Assembly: GCA_035624615.1 (NCBI GenBank)
Contig: DASPRE010000010.1
Span: 155 to 64,154, forward strand
Length of the DNA: 64,000 nucleotides
Source: Burkholderiales bacterium
GTDB lineage: Bacteria > Pseudomonadota > Gammaproteobacteria > Burkholderiales > JAHFRG01
Reading direction: 5' to 3'
This document shows positions 40,952 to 49,285 of this stretch, piece after piece. A program made the position numbers and the translations under genes. Every line of letters begins with the position of its first letter. The first letter of the stretch is position 1. The notes under the pieces were generated by a model. The model was not told the DNA's origin, searched no databases, and worked only from the letters and a program-made list of their open reading frames with translations.

Positions 40952-40996
40952 ATGGGTAGTCGCTCAAGTTCAACCGCGAAGAGTCGGCGAGGCTGA
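40952..40996 (+). other. Candidate 14-codon leader peptide ORF in the porin-mgtA 5-prime leader
   Basis: ATG 40952 is preceded by GGAG (40940-43) at 8-nt spacing. It encodes MGSRSSSTAKSRRG, and its stop TGA (40994-96) abuts the 5-prime arm of a predicted 8-bp helix (40986-93 with 41034-41). There is no homology support. Confidence 0.3.
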
Positions 40997-41210
40997 CCCG
41001 CAGGATCTATCCAGCTCCATTTTCCCTGCCGCTGTCTCGCCCACCTGACGAGGCAGTGCGCTTCCAGTGAAGTTCATGCCGTGTTCTGCACGGCAATTAA
41101 ATTAAGCGCGCTTTTTATCGAACTTGTAGTTGCCTGATTAGCAACCACAGGCCAACGCTGAACGATCTTTCCGTCGCGTATGCCCGCGTACGACCGTGGA
41201 AAGGAAAAAA

Positions 41211-42554
41211 ATGAGAAAAATCACCGAGCAATACCTTTACACCGCGCTTCTGGCAGTAATCATTCTCATCTTGTTTATTGTGGCCAACGCGCATGCGGAA
41301 GGCCCGGAGTTGCCCGAGCTTGTCGGAGCGCAATACACGCTCATTGCGCAGCATCTGTTTCCCTTTCACGCTGCTTATTCTGGAGCCAAGAGCTTGACGA
41401 ATGCCGGCGACACAGAAAAGACGCAGACTTTCGGTATATATACCGGCATGAAGGTCTGGAATCATCTGCAAGCCTATCTCGATGTTGAACTCTTCAGGGG
41501 CGCTGCGATCGGAAATGCCACCGGTCTCGGGGGACTGACTAACGGTGACGTCATTCGCCAAGGCTCGTTTGATCTTGGAAATGGGCCGTATGTCTCTAGG
41601 GCTTACTTGCGTTACTTCTGGCCTATGGGGGAAGAAATGGTTGACATTCCTCGAGGCATGGACCAGTTGCCGGGCAAGGAACCGGCGAAAAGGATTGAGA
41701 TTAAGCTTGGCAAGCTCGCGGCCAATGATGACTTCGATCGCAACCGTTACGCGAATTCGACCCGTACGCAGTTCGAGAATTGGAGCCTGTGGAACAACAC
41801 TGCCTGGGACTATCCCGCGGATACACGCGGCTATACCAACGGCGTCATGCTGGGTTACATCTCACCGGTCTGGGCACTCAGGTTCGGGATTTTTCAAATG
41901 CCTACAGTCGCAAACGGTCCGGACTTAGCCTATCCGTTAACCCAGTCTCGTAGCGAAAATCTGGAACTTACCCTCCAACCCAACCAATACGCAACCGTAG
42001 TGCGAGTCCTTGCCTACCGTAACATTGCCAACATGGGGATATACAACGATGCTATTGCGATCGGTCTTGCGCAGGGCACCGTCCCCAACGTTTCCGCGAA
42101 CGACCAGCCCCGTCGAAAAAAATATGGATTCGGACTGAACGTGGAACAACCGCTTGCCGATGGCGGGGAAACCGGGCTGTTCGCCCGACTGGGCTGGAAC
42201 GATGGGGCGACTGAAACGTATGCCTTCACCGAGGTGGATCGCACCGTGACGTTTGGTGCGCAGGTAGCAGGCAATCACTGGGGACGTAACGATGATCGAT
42301 TGGGTATCGGGTTTGTGGTGAACGGGCTGTCCCCCGAACATCGAAACTACCTCGCTGCCGGGGGCAGTGGCTTCGACCTCGGTGATGGCGCGCTCAACTA
42401 CGGTTACGAGAAAATTGTCGAGACCTATTACCGCATCCAGCTGATCAAGTACGCGCAGCTAGGCCCCAATTTCGAGTACATCGAAAACCCCGGCTACAAC
42501 CGTGATCGCGGGCCGGCAGTAGTTGTGGGAATACGGCTTCATATCGAATATTAA
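41211..42554 (+). CDS. Outer-membrane porin, carbohydrate-selective (OprB) family
   Basis: The track ORF starts at GTG 41196. ATG 41211 follows AAGGAAAAAA and gives the signal peptide MRKITEQYLYTALLAVIILILFIVANAHA. The protein is about 447 aa, with alternating beta-strand character, a C-terminal aromatic residue (IEY) and an OprB-like N-terminal region. Confidence 0.75.
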   Translation: MRKITEQYLYTALLAVIILILFIVANAHAEGPELPELVGAQYTLIAQHLFPFHAAYSGAKSLTNAGDTEKTQTFGIYTGMKVWNHLQAYLDVELFRGAAIGNATGLGGLTNGDVIRQGSFDLGNGPYVSRAYLRYFWPMGEEMVDIPRGMDQLPGKEPAKRIEIKLGKLAANDDFDRNRYANSTRTQFENWSLWNNTAWDYPADTRGYTNGVMLGYISPVWALRFGIFQMPTVANGPDLAYPLTQSRSENLELTLQPNQYATVVRVLAYRNIANMGIYNDAIAIGLAQGTVPNVSANDQPRRKKYGFGLNVEQPLADGGETGLFARLGWNDGATETYAFTEVDRTVTFGAQVAGNHWGRNDDRLGIGFVVNGLSPEHRNYLAAGGSGFDLGDGALNYGYEKIVETYYRIQLIKYAQLGPNFEYIENPGYNRDRGPAVVVGIRLHIEY

Positions 42555-42605
42555 AGTCGCTGATTGAACCACCGTGTCAGTATAATTGGCCGATAAGGAA
42601 TCACA

Positions 42606-45368
42606 ATGAGATCCGAACTAACAAAAGATAACTGGCTTCGGCGCGTGTTCCTGTCAAACAGGGAGAAAGCGCGACTGGCATTCTCCAGAATAATTGAAAA
42701 CAAGAATCCTTTGGCCGGCATGACCTCACTGGGCGATCAGAGAACCCGGCTCATCGAAGCCGCGCGAAGCAACATCGTCGCAGTCCTCAATTCTATGAAT
42801 TCATCATTAAACGGTTTGAATGAGGATGAGGCGCAATCGCGGCTCAAAGAACATGGGTTAAATGAAGTGGCGCATGAGCGACCGGCCACCTGGTACCGGC
42901 AACTTTGGCGCGCGTACAACAACCCGTTCAACCTGCTGCTTACCGGTCTTGGCATTATCTCGTACGTGACGGAAGACATCAAAGCGACCACCATTCTCTC
43001 AGTAATGGTGATATTGAGCTCCTTGCTTCGTTTTGTGCAGGAATACCGTTCGAACAAAGCGGCTGAGAAATTAAAAGCCATGGTCAGCACCACAGCAACG
43101 GTAAGACGCGCTAATGCAAAGGACTCAAAAACCAACAGCTCATCCGAATCGACGTTAATTTCCGCTTATTCTCACAGTTTCGATACACGGGAGATTTCTC
43201 TTAAATTTCTCGTGCCCGGCGACATCGTGCAGCTGTCCGCTGGAGACATGATTCCGGCGGATGTCAGGCTTCTTTCAGCAAAGGATTTGTTCATTAGCCA
43301 GGCGGTACTTACCGGTGAAGCCTTTCCGGTCGAGAAGAATGCGGATCCGGTGGTCAGCGAAATAGGAAACCCGCTGGAGTTGCCCAACATCTGTTTCATG
43401 GGCTCAAATGTGGTAAGCGGTGCAGCAATTGCGCTTGTCATCAATACGGGCAGCAAGACCTATTTTGGCGGTCTCTCAGAGCGGATTGTAGGTCATCGTG
43501 TGCCAACCGAGTTTGATAAAGGCATTCATCGGGTCAGCTGGTTGCTGATCCGCTTTATGCTGGTCATGGCGGCACTGGTTTTTTTGATCAACGGCGTGAC
43601 GAAAGGTGACTGGACCGAGGCATCGCTATTTGCTATCGCGATTGCAGTCGGCCTTACCCCGGAAATGCTTCCAATGATTGTTACCGCGACACTTGCCAAA
43701 GGTGCTGTCATGATGTCGCGTAGAAAAGCAATCGTGAAGCGCCTAAATTCGATCCAAAACTTTGGTGCCATGGATATCCTGTGCGCGGACAAAACCGGAA
43801 CGTTAACCGAAGACCGAATTGTTCTGGAGAAATACGTGGACGTGAACGGGCTGGAAAGTGAAGATGTATTGCGACACGCCTTCTTAAATAGCCATTATCA
43901 AACTGGGCTGAAAAACCTGTTGGATAAAGCGGTACTCAAGCATGCGGAAATTGCTGACGTGTTAAAAATTGCCAGCAACTACCGAATGGTTGATGAAGTC
44001 CCGTTTGATTTCGTGCGTCGGCGCATGTCAGTGGTCGTCAACGAGCAAGAGGACCACAACGAACTCATTTGCAAGGGCGCGGTCGAGGAAATTCTTAAAG
44101 TAAGCAATCAAGCCAAGGTGGATGGAAGGACCGTTGCGCTAAGCAATGATCTGATAACAAAGGTCATGGACCTCGTCAACGAGTTTAACGAAGATGGTTT
44201 GCGGGTAATTGCGGTTGCCTACAAGGAGACGCCGCCTGATCAAAGGAGTTACGGTGTCAAGGACGAATCCAGCCTTACCCTGCTGGGTTTTATCGCTTTT
44301 CTCGATCCTCCTAAAGAAACTGCGGGGCCGGCGATTACCGCGCTGAAACAGAATGGAATCCAGGTCAAAATTCTGACCGGGGATAATGATGTTGTAACGC
44401 GCAAGATATGCCGTGATGTTGGCATTGACGCCAGCCATATCGTGCTTGGAAGCGAAATTGATGCTTGGAGCGATGCCGAACTGGGAAGACAGGCGCAGGA
44501 CACAGCAGTATTTGCAAAGTTGTCACCGGCTCAAAAGGAGAGAATTGTCCGGGTCTTGCAAATGAATGGCCACGTGGTGGGTTTCCTTGGAGACGGATTT
44601 AATGATTCTGCCTCCCTTCGGACTGCAGATATAGGCGTATCAGTTGATACTGCCGTGGACATTGCAAAAGAATCCGCAGACATCATTCTACTGGAAAAGA
44701 ACCTGCTGGTGCTTGAGGAAGGTGTACTTGAGGGGCGCAAGACCTTCGGCAATATCGTGAAATACATTAGGATGGCTTCAAGCTCAAATTTCGGAAATAT
44801 GTTCAGCGTTCTCGGGGCAAGCATGATTTTGCCTTTCCTGCCCATGCTGCCGATTCAACTGCTGATTCAAAACTTGCTCTATGACATATCCCAAATAGGG
44901 ATTCCTTTTGACGGTGTGGACAAGGATTATTCGGAGCAGCCGAGAAAATGGGAAATCGGCGGTATCGGACGATTTATGCTATTCATCGGCCCGATTAGCT
45001 CGATTTTCGATTATTTGACCTTTGGGGTGATGTGGTTTGTGTTTTCCGCGAATACGGTCGGAACGCAATCGCTATTCCAATCGGGCTGGTTCGTGGAAGG
45101 ACTGCTGTCGCAAACCCTGATCGTGCACATCATTCGCACCAGCAAGATCCCGTTTGTACAAAGTAGGGCAGCGTTGCCGCTTCTGCTCATGACTGTAAGC
45201 GTGATGGCAATTGGAATTTATATTCCGTTTTCTCCCATTGCCCATGTTGTCGGGCTGCGGCCGTTACCCGCGCTGTATTTTGTGTGGCTTGTCGCGATGC
45301 TTATTGGGTACACCGTTCTGACGCAATATGTCAAAGTCTGGTTTACGCGCAAATACGGCTTCAACTAA
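42606..45368 (+). CDS. mgtA: Magnesium-translocating P-type ATPase
   Basis: 920 aa with the phosphorylation site CADKTGTLT, then TGDN and GDGFNDS. The overall MgtA/MgtB-type topology is present, including LNEDEAQSRLKEHGLNEV near the N-terminus. Confidence 0.93.
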   Translation: MRSELTKDNWLRRVFLSNREKARLAFSRIIENKNPLAGMTSLGDQRTRLIEAARSNIVAVLNSMNSSLNGLNEDEAQSRLKEHGLNEVAHERPATWYRQLWRAYNNPFNLLLTGLGIISYVTEDIKATTILSVMVILSSLLRFVQEYRSNKAAEKLKAMVSTTATVRRANAKDSKTNSSSESTLISAYSHSFDTREISLKFLVPGDIVQLSAGDMIPADVRLLSAKDLFISQAVLTGEAFPVEKNADPVVSEIGNPLELPNICFMGSNVVSGAAIALVINTGSKTYFGGLSERIVGHRVPTEFDKGIHRVSWLLIRFMLVMAALVFLINGVTKGDWTEASLFAIAIAVGLTPEMLPMIVTATLAKGAVMMSRRKAIVKRLNSIQNFGAMDILCADKTGTLTEDRIVLEKYVDVNGLESEDVLRHAFLNSHYQTGLKNLLDKAVLKHAEIADVLKIASNYRMVDEVPFDFVRRRMSVVVNEQEDHNELICKGAVEEILKVSNQAKVDGRTVALSNDLITKVMDLVNEFNEDGLRVIAVAYKETPPDQRSYGVKDESSLTLLGFIAFLDPPKETAGPAITALKQNGIQVKILTGDNDVVTRKICRDVGIDASHIVLGSEIDAWSDAELGRQAQDTAVFAKLSPAQKERIVRVLQMNGHVVGFLGDGFNDSASLRTADIGVSVDTAVDIAKESADIILLEKNLLVLEEGVLEGRKTFGNIVKYIRMASSSNFGNMFSVLGASMILPFLPMLPIQLLIQNLLYDISQIGIPFDGVDKDYSEQPRKWEIGGIGRFMLFIGPISSIFDYLTFGVMWFVFSANTVGTQSLFQSGWFVEGLLSQTLIVHIIRTSKIPFVQSRAALPLLLMTVSVMAIGIYIPFSPIAHVVGLRPLPALYFVWLVAMLIGYTVLTQYVKVWFTRKYGFN

Positions 45369-45462
45369 TGTGCTAAGCCCGGGTTCGTTTAGCATTCTGC
45401 CGGTTCGGAACGGTTATCTGATGCCGGCGCCGTATACTCATAAAATAGCATAGCGGCAAATC

Positions 45463-46134
45463 ATGAATATTCTGGCACTGGACACCTCCGGCGATTATTG
45501 TTCGCTCGCCCTGTTGATGGACGGCAAAGTGCTGTCGCGCGAGAAGCGGGTTGGGCAAAATCACTCTCAAGTGCTGTTGCCTCTGATTGACAGTCTCTTC
45601 TCAGAAAGCGGCATTTCACTCAAAAAGCTGGACGGAATCGCATTCGGCGCGGGACCGGGATCGTTTACTGGGTTGCGTATCGCGTGCGGGGTCGCGCAGG
45701 GGTTAGCGTTTGCCGGAGATTTGCCGGTCGCGGGTATTTGTACTCTGGAAGCGCTGGCAGAAGCTATGCCGGGCAGGCAGGTAATTGCCTCTCTGGACGC
45801 GCGCATGGGCGAGATTTATCATGCGGCATATAAAAAGAATGGTGACCGTTGGCAAAAGGTAAGCGAACCCGGCTTGTATCCGCCGTTGCGCGCCCCGCAG
45901 GTTGCGGGGGGCGGCTGGATTGGCTGCGGTAGTGGCTTCGCGGTATATCCGGGGGAATTGAAATTGCGTTATCGAGGACAGCTCAGCGAGGTCATAGCGG
46001 ATGCGGTTCCCCACGCTAGGGAAATGGCGCGTCTTGCCGCCGGGGTGCTGGAGCGAGGAGAAGGATGCACGGCTGAAGCGGCAGTCCCGATTTATCTTCG
46101 TGAGAAAGTGGCGTTGAAAACGTTCGAGCGATGA
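45463..46134 (+). CDS. tsaB: tRNA threonylcarbamoyladenosine (t6A) biosynthesis protein TsaB
   Basis: 223 aa with MNILALDTSGDYCSLAL and GPGSFTGLRI. It has a 4-nt overlap with rimI. Confidence 0.9.
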   Translation: MNILALDTSGDYCSLALLMDGKVLSREKRVGQNHSQVLLPLIDSLFSESGISLKKLDGIAFGAGPGSFTGLRIACGVAQGLAFAGDLPVAGICTLEALAEAMPGRQVIASLDARMGEIYHAAYKKNGDRWQKVSEPGLYPPLRAPQVAGGGWIGCGSGFAVYPGELKLRYRGQLSEVIADAVPHAREMARLAAGVLERGEGCTAEAAVPIYLREKVALKTFER

Positions 46135-46592
46135 GCGCGCAACTAGAGCAGGCGCCGCTGTTGCGGCCGATGCAGGTGACCGACATTGACGCGATAATGC
46201 GCATCGAGCGCAAAATTTATCCGCATCCTTGGACGCGCGGCAATTTCCGGGATTCCTTGAATGCGGGCTACAGCTGCTGGATCTACCGACTTGCACAAAG
46301 CATCATCGGCTATGCGGTGATGATGGTTGCTGGGGACGAAGCGCATTTGCTCAATCTCAGCATTGCCGCGGACTGGCAGCGTCAAGGGTGGGGCAGGAAA
46401 CTGCTGCAGCTCATGTTAGAACTTGCGCGCCAGCACAGTGCGCGGGTAATGTTTCTCGAAGTCCGTCCTTCCAATGTGGCGGCGCTTGCGCTTTATGAAG
46501 GCTTCGGCTTCAGACGGATTGCAATGCGCCGCGGTTACTATCCCGCGGGCCCGGCCCGCGAGGATGCGATAGTACTGGAGCTACTGCTATGA
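46131..46592 (+). CDS. rimI: Ribosomal-protein-alanine N-acetyltransferase
   Basis: 153-aa GNAT protein with the acetyl-CoA loop RQGWGRKLL. It shows the conserved tsaB-rimI pairing. Confidence 0.85.
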   Translation: MSAQLEQAPLLRPMQVTDIDAIMRIERKIYPHPWTRGNFRDSLNAGYSCWIYRLAQSIIGYAVMMVAGDEAHLLNLSIAADWQRQGWGRKLLQLMLELARQHSARVMFLEVRPSNVAALALYEGFGFRRIAMRRGYYPAGPAREDAIVLELLL

Positions 46593-47311
46593 GCGGCCGG
46601 CGTGAGGAAATCCTCAAAGAGTTGGGGCTCTGGCCGCAGTGGCGGCTCAAGAGTAACCGTGAAAGCGCCGGTAAACTTTCCGCAATAACTGATGATCGGC
46701 GTAACCAAATCCTGCGAATGAATTGGCAGGAGCTGAAAACCAGCGTCGCCGCATGCAAGGCTTGCCCATTGCATGAAAAGCGTACGCAGGCGGTTTTTGG
46801 CGTCGGCGACGAGAAAGCAGAGTGGCTGTTTATCGGTGAGGGACCGGGCGCGGAAGAAGACGCAAAAGGAGAGCCTTTTGTGGGACAGGCTGGCAAACTC
46901 CTCGACAGCATGCTTGCATCAATAGGGTTGAAGCGGGGCGAGAATGTATATATTGCAAACGTGGTGAAATGCCGTCCGCCGGGGAACCGTAATCCGGAAC
47001 CACGGGAGGCTCAGCAATGCGAACCTTATCTAGAGCGGCAGATTGCGTTGATTCGACCCAAACTTATAATCGCACTGGGCAAGGTTGCGGCACAGAGCCT
47101 GCTCAAAGCGGACGCCACCATCTCCAGCATGCGCGGACGCTCGCTTGACTACCAGGGAATCCCCCTGATCGTGACCTACCATCCGGCATATCTGCTGCGC
47201 AATCTTCCGGACAAAGCCAAGGCATGGGCGGACTTGTGCTTTGCCAGAAAAACCATGCGCGGGTTGCTACAGCAGGTTACGCCGCAAACCGGAAACATCA
47301 ACTCATCGTGA
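46589..47311 (+). CDS. Uracil-DNA glycosylase, family 4
   Basis: 240 aa with CKACPLH, GEGPGAEED, GEPFVGQAG and HPAYLLR motifs. It has a 4-nt overlap with rimI. Confidence 0.88.
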   Translation: MSGRREEILKELGLWPQWRLKSNRESAGKLSAITDDRRNQILRMNWQELKTSVAACKACPLHEKRTQAVFGVGDEKAEWLFIGEGPGAEEDAKGEPFVGQAGKLLDSMLASIGLKRGENVYIANVVKCRPPGNRNPEPREAQQCEPYLERQIALIRPKLIIALGKVAAQSLLKADATISSMRGRSLDYQGIPLIVTYHPAYLLRNLPDKAKAWADLCFARKTMRGLLQQVTPQTGNINSS

Positions 47312-47324
47312 ACAGGAGAACTCT

Positions 47325-47927
47325 ATGCGCAGTACATTGGCTTACCTAATGCTGTCGTTGACCGCTTTGGGCTTGAGCGGATGCGGTTACAACACCCTGC
47401 AATCTACCGACGAACAGGTCAAAGCGAGCTGGGCGGAAGTGCTCAACCAGTATCAACGCCGCGCCGATCTGGTGCCGAATCTGGTGAATACGGTAAAGGG
47501 CTACGCGCAGCAGGAAAAAGACGTGCTATTGGGCGTGACTAACGCGCGCTCAAAGGTCGGGGCGATTCAGGCCACCCCTGAACTGATTAACGATCCGCAG
47601 GCATTCGCCAAATTCCAGCGGGCGCAGGGCGAGTTGACTTCCGCATTGTCGCGACTTTTGGTGGTCGCTGAAAATTATCCGCAGCTCAAGTCAGACGCGA
47701 ATTTCCGCGATTTGCAGGCGCAGCTCGAGGGGACCGAAAACCGCATCACGGTGGCGCGCAACCGGTACATCAAGGCGGTCCAAGAATACAACGTTACGGT
47801 TCGTTCTTTTCCCAGCAACCTCACGGCGAAGCTTTTCGGTTTTGAGTTGAAGCCCAACTTTACCGTGGAAAACGAAAGCGCAATTGCCAAGCCACCCAAA
47901 GTTGACTTTTCTCCGTCCAGTAAATGA
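47325..47927 (+). CDS. lemA: LemA family lipoprotein
   Basis: The track ORF is trimmed to ATG 47325, with AGGAGA upstream. It has a lipobox (LGLSGC). The LemA core is WAEVLNQYQRRADLVPNLVNTVKGYAQQEKD ... AENYPQLKS ... NRYIKAVQEYN. Confidence 0.9.
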   Translation: MRSTLAYLMLSLTALGLSGCGYNTLQSTDEQVKASWAEVLNQYQRRADLVPNLVNTVKGYAQQEKDVLLGVTNARSKVGAIQATPELINDPQAFAKFQRAQGELTSALSRLLVVAENYPQLKSDANFRDLQAQLEGTENRITVARNRYIKAVQEYNVTVRSFPSNLTAKLFGFELKPNFTVENESAIAKPPKVDFSPSSK

Positions 47928-48766
47928 TCAGGGCTTGGGCGCAGGCCTCATTCCTGCTGGCGCTTGGACTGGGTACCGCGCAGGCCGATGTTGCAGTCCC
48001 TCCACTTAAAGCGCGGGTCACCGATTTAACGGCCACTTTAAGCCGTGAACAGCAGGCGCGCCTGGAACAGGAACTGCAGAATTTCGAGGCAAGAAAAGGC
48101 AGCCAGCTCGCGGTGCTCATTGTGCCGACCACACAGCCGGAGACCATAGAGCAATTCAGCATCCGCGTCGCAGATTCCTGGAAACTGGGCCGCAGGGGAA
48201 TAGATGACGGCGCGTTGTTGTTGATTGCCAAGAATGACCACAGCCTGCGCATCGAAGTCGGCTATGGCCTTGAAGGAGCGCTTAATGACGCGACTGCGAA
48301 GCGGATTGTAAGCGACATCATTGTGCCGTATTTCAAGAAAGGAGATTTTTTCGGCGGTATCGAGGCCGGCATGCAAAGTATGATGAAGGTAATAGAAGGC
48401 GAGCCTTTGCCTCCGCCCAGGCATGCCACTTTGCCCTCGTCTCATTCCGGAAATTTCGGAACTGCGCTGTTTATGGGCTTGATACTGGTAATGATCGTTG
48501 GCGGAATATTGCGCGCCCTATTTGGACGCTTTGCCGCGGCGACCCTAGTGGGGGGACTTATAGGTTTGCTGGCGTGGCTGTTTCTCGTCCCGTTGATCAT
48601 GGCGGTAATAATTGGTGCGTTTGGTTTTCTGTTTACGCTTTTCGGCGGCAGCCGGGGCTGGTACGGAGGCTGGCCCGGCGGTTACAGCAGCGGCGGTTTT
48701 GGCGGGGGCGGGTTCAGCGGAGGAGGCGGCGGCTTTGGCGGCGGCGGCGCGTCCGGGAGCTGGTGA
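47924..48766 (+). CDS. TPM domain-containing protein (YgcG-like) with TM segments and a Gly-rich C-terminal tail
   Basis: 280 aa with a signal peptide and a TPM phosphatase-like domain (LEQELQNFEARKGSQLAVLIVPTT). Two to three TM helices follow, then a tail GGWPGGYSSGGFGGGGFSGGGGGFGGGGASGSW. It has a 4-nt overlap with lemA. Confidence 0.85.
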   Translation: MIRAWAQASFLLALGLGTAQADVAVPPLKARVTDLTATLSREQQARLEQELQNFEARKGSQLAVLIVPTTQPETIEQFSIRVADSWKLGRRGIDDGALLLIAKNDHSLRIEVGYGLEGALNDATAKRIVSDIIVPYFKKGDFFGGIEAGMQSMMKVIEGEPLPPPRHATLPSSHSGNFGTALFMGLILVMIVGGILRALFGRFAAATLVGGLIGLLAWLFLVPLIMAVIIGAFGFLFTLFGGSRGWYGGWPGGYSSGGFGGGGFSGGGGGFGGGGASGSW

Positions 48767-48767
48767 T

Positions 48768-49259
48768 GTGAAACTGAAGCGCTTGTTCAAGCATCTGTCT
48801 ACCGGCCACCTGGCTGTGAGGCGCGTTTTGCCGCCGCACTCGATACGTACCATCGAGCGGGCGATTCGCGAGAGCGAATCCACGCACGGAGGACAGATCC
48901 GTTTCGCGGTTGAGCCGGCGCTAAGCATCGCAGCGTTGCTGCATGGACAGAGCCCGCGTCAACGCGCCATCGATGTATTTTCGCAGTTGAAAATATGGGA
49001 CACGGAACACAACAATGGCGTGCTGATATACGTACTGCTTGCCGACCGAGATGTGGAAATTGTCGCTGATCGCGGAATACACGCGAGACTCGGAAATGCA
49101 GGCTGGGAATCCATATGCCGTGAAATGGAACAGGCGTTTCGACAAGGGCGTTTTGAAGAAGGAGTCGTAGCGGGAATCAAGGCGGTTGGAAACCACCTGC
49201 GGCAGCACTATCCTTCAAAGCAACCCAACGAGCTTCCTGACAAACCGGTGATGCTTTAA
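48768..49259 (+). CDS. TPM domain-containing protein (second, soluble type)
   Basis: The 5-prime part of the track ORF 48612.. is a frame shadow of the Gly-rich tail. The GTG at 48768 is in frame, 1 nt after the upstream stop, and gives VKLKRLFKHLSTGH... (163 aa) with the TPM core HGGQIRFAVE ... NNGVLIYVLLADRDVEIVADRGI. Confidence 0.75.
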   Translation: MKLKRLFKHLSTGHLAVRRVLPPHSIRTIERAIRESESTHGGQIRFAVEPALSIAALLHGQSPRQRAIDVFSQLKIWDTEHNNGVLIYVLLADRDVEIVADRGIHARLGNAGWESICREMEQAFRQGRFEEGVVAGIKAVGNHLRQHYPSKQPNELPDKPVML

Positions 49260-49285
49260 GAGCGCGTCCTGAAATTGCGAAAGCG

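Noticed and set aside
40981-41100. The mgtA leader showed some resemblance to the M-box (GGCGAGGCU versus GGUGAGGCU) and to a hammerhead core (CUGACGAG ... GAAG).
   Set aside because: The other conserved M-box elements as I recall them are absent. The sequence following CUGACGA cannot form a hammerhead stem II. The resemblance is limited to short strings.
41104-41118. AAGCGCGCTT followed by TTTTT looked like a terminator at the end of the leader.
   Set aside because: The palindrome has no loop nucleotides, so a stable hairpin cannot form. The nearby hairpin at 41078-41094 lacks a U tract, so no confident terminator is called.
48650-48762. GC-rich short tandem repeats (GGCGGC/GGCTTTGGC), and similar GCAGGAGCC repeats at about 12850-12915, looked like possible repeat arrays.
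   Set aside because: Both lie inside ORFs and encode a Gly-rich tail and an Ala-Pro repeat respectively. They have no spacer-repeat periodicity of CRISPR type.
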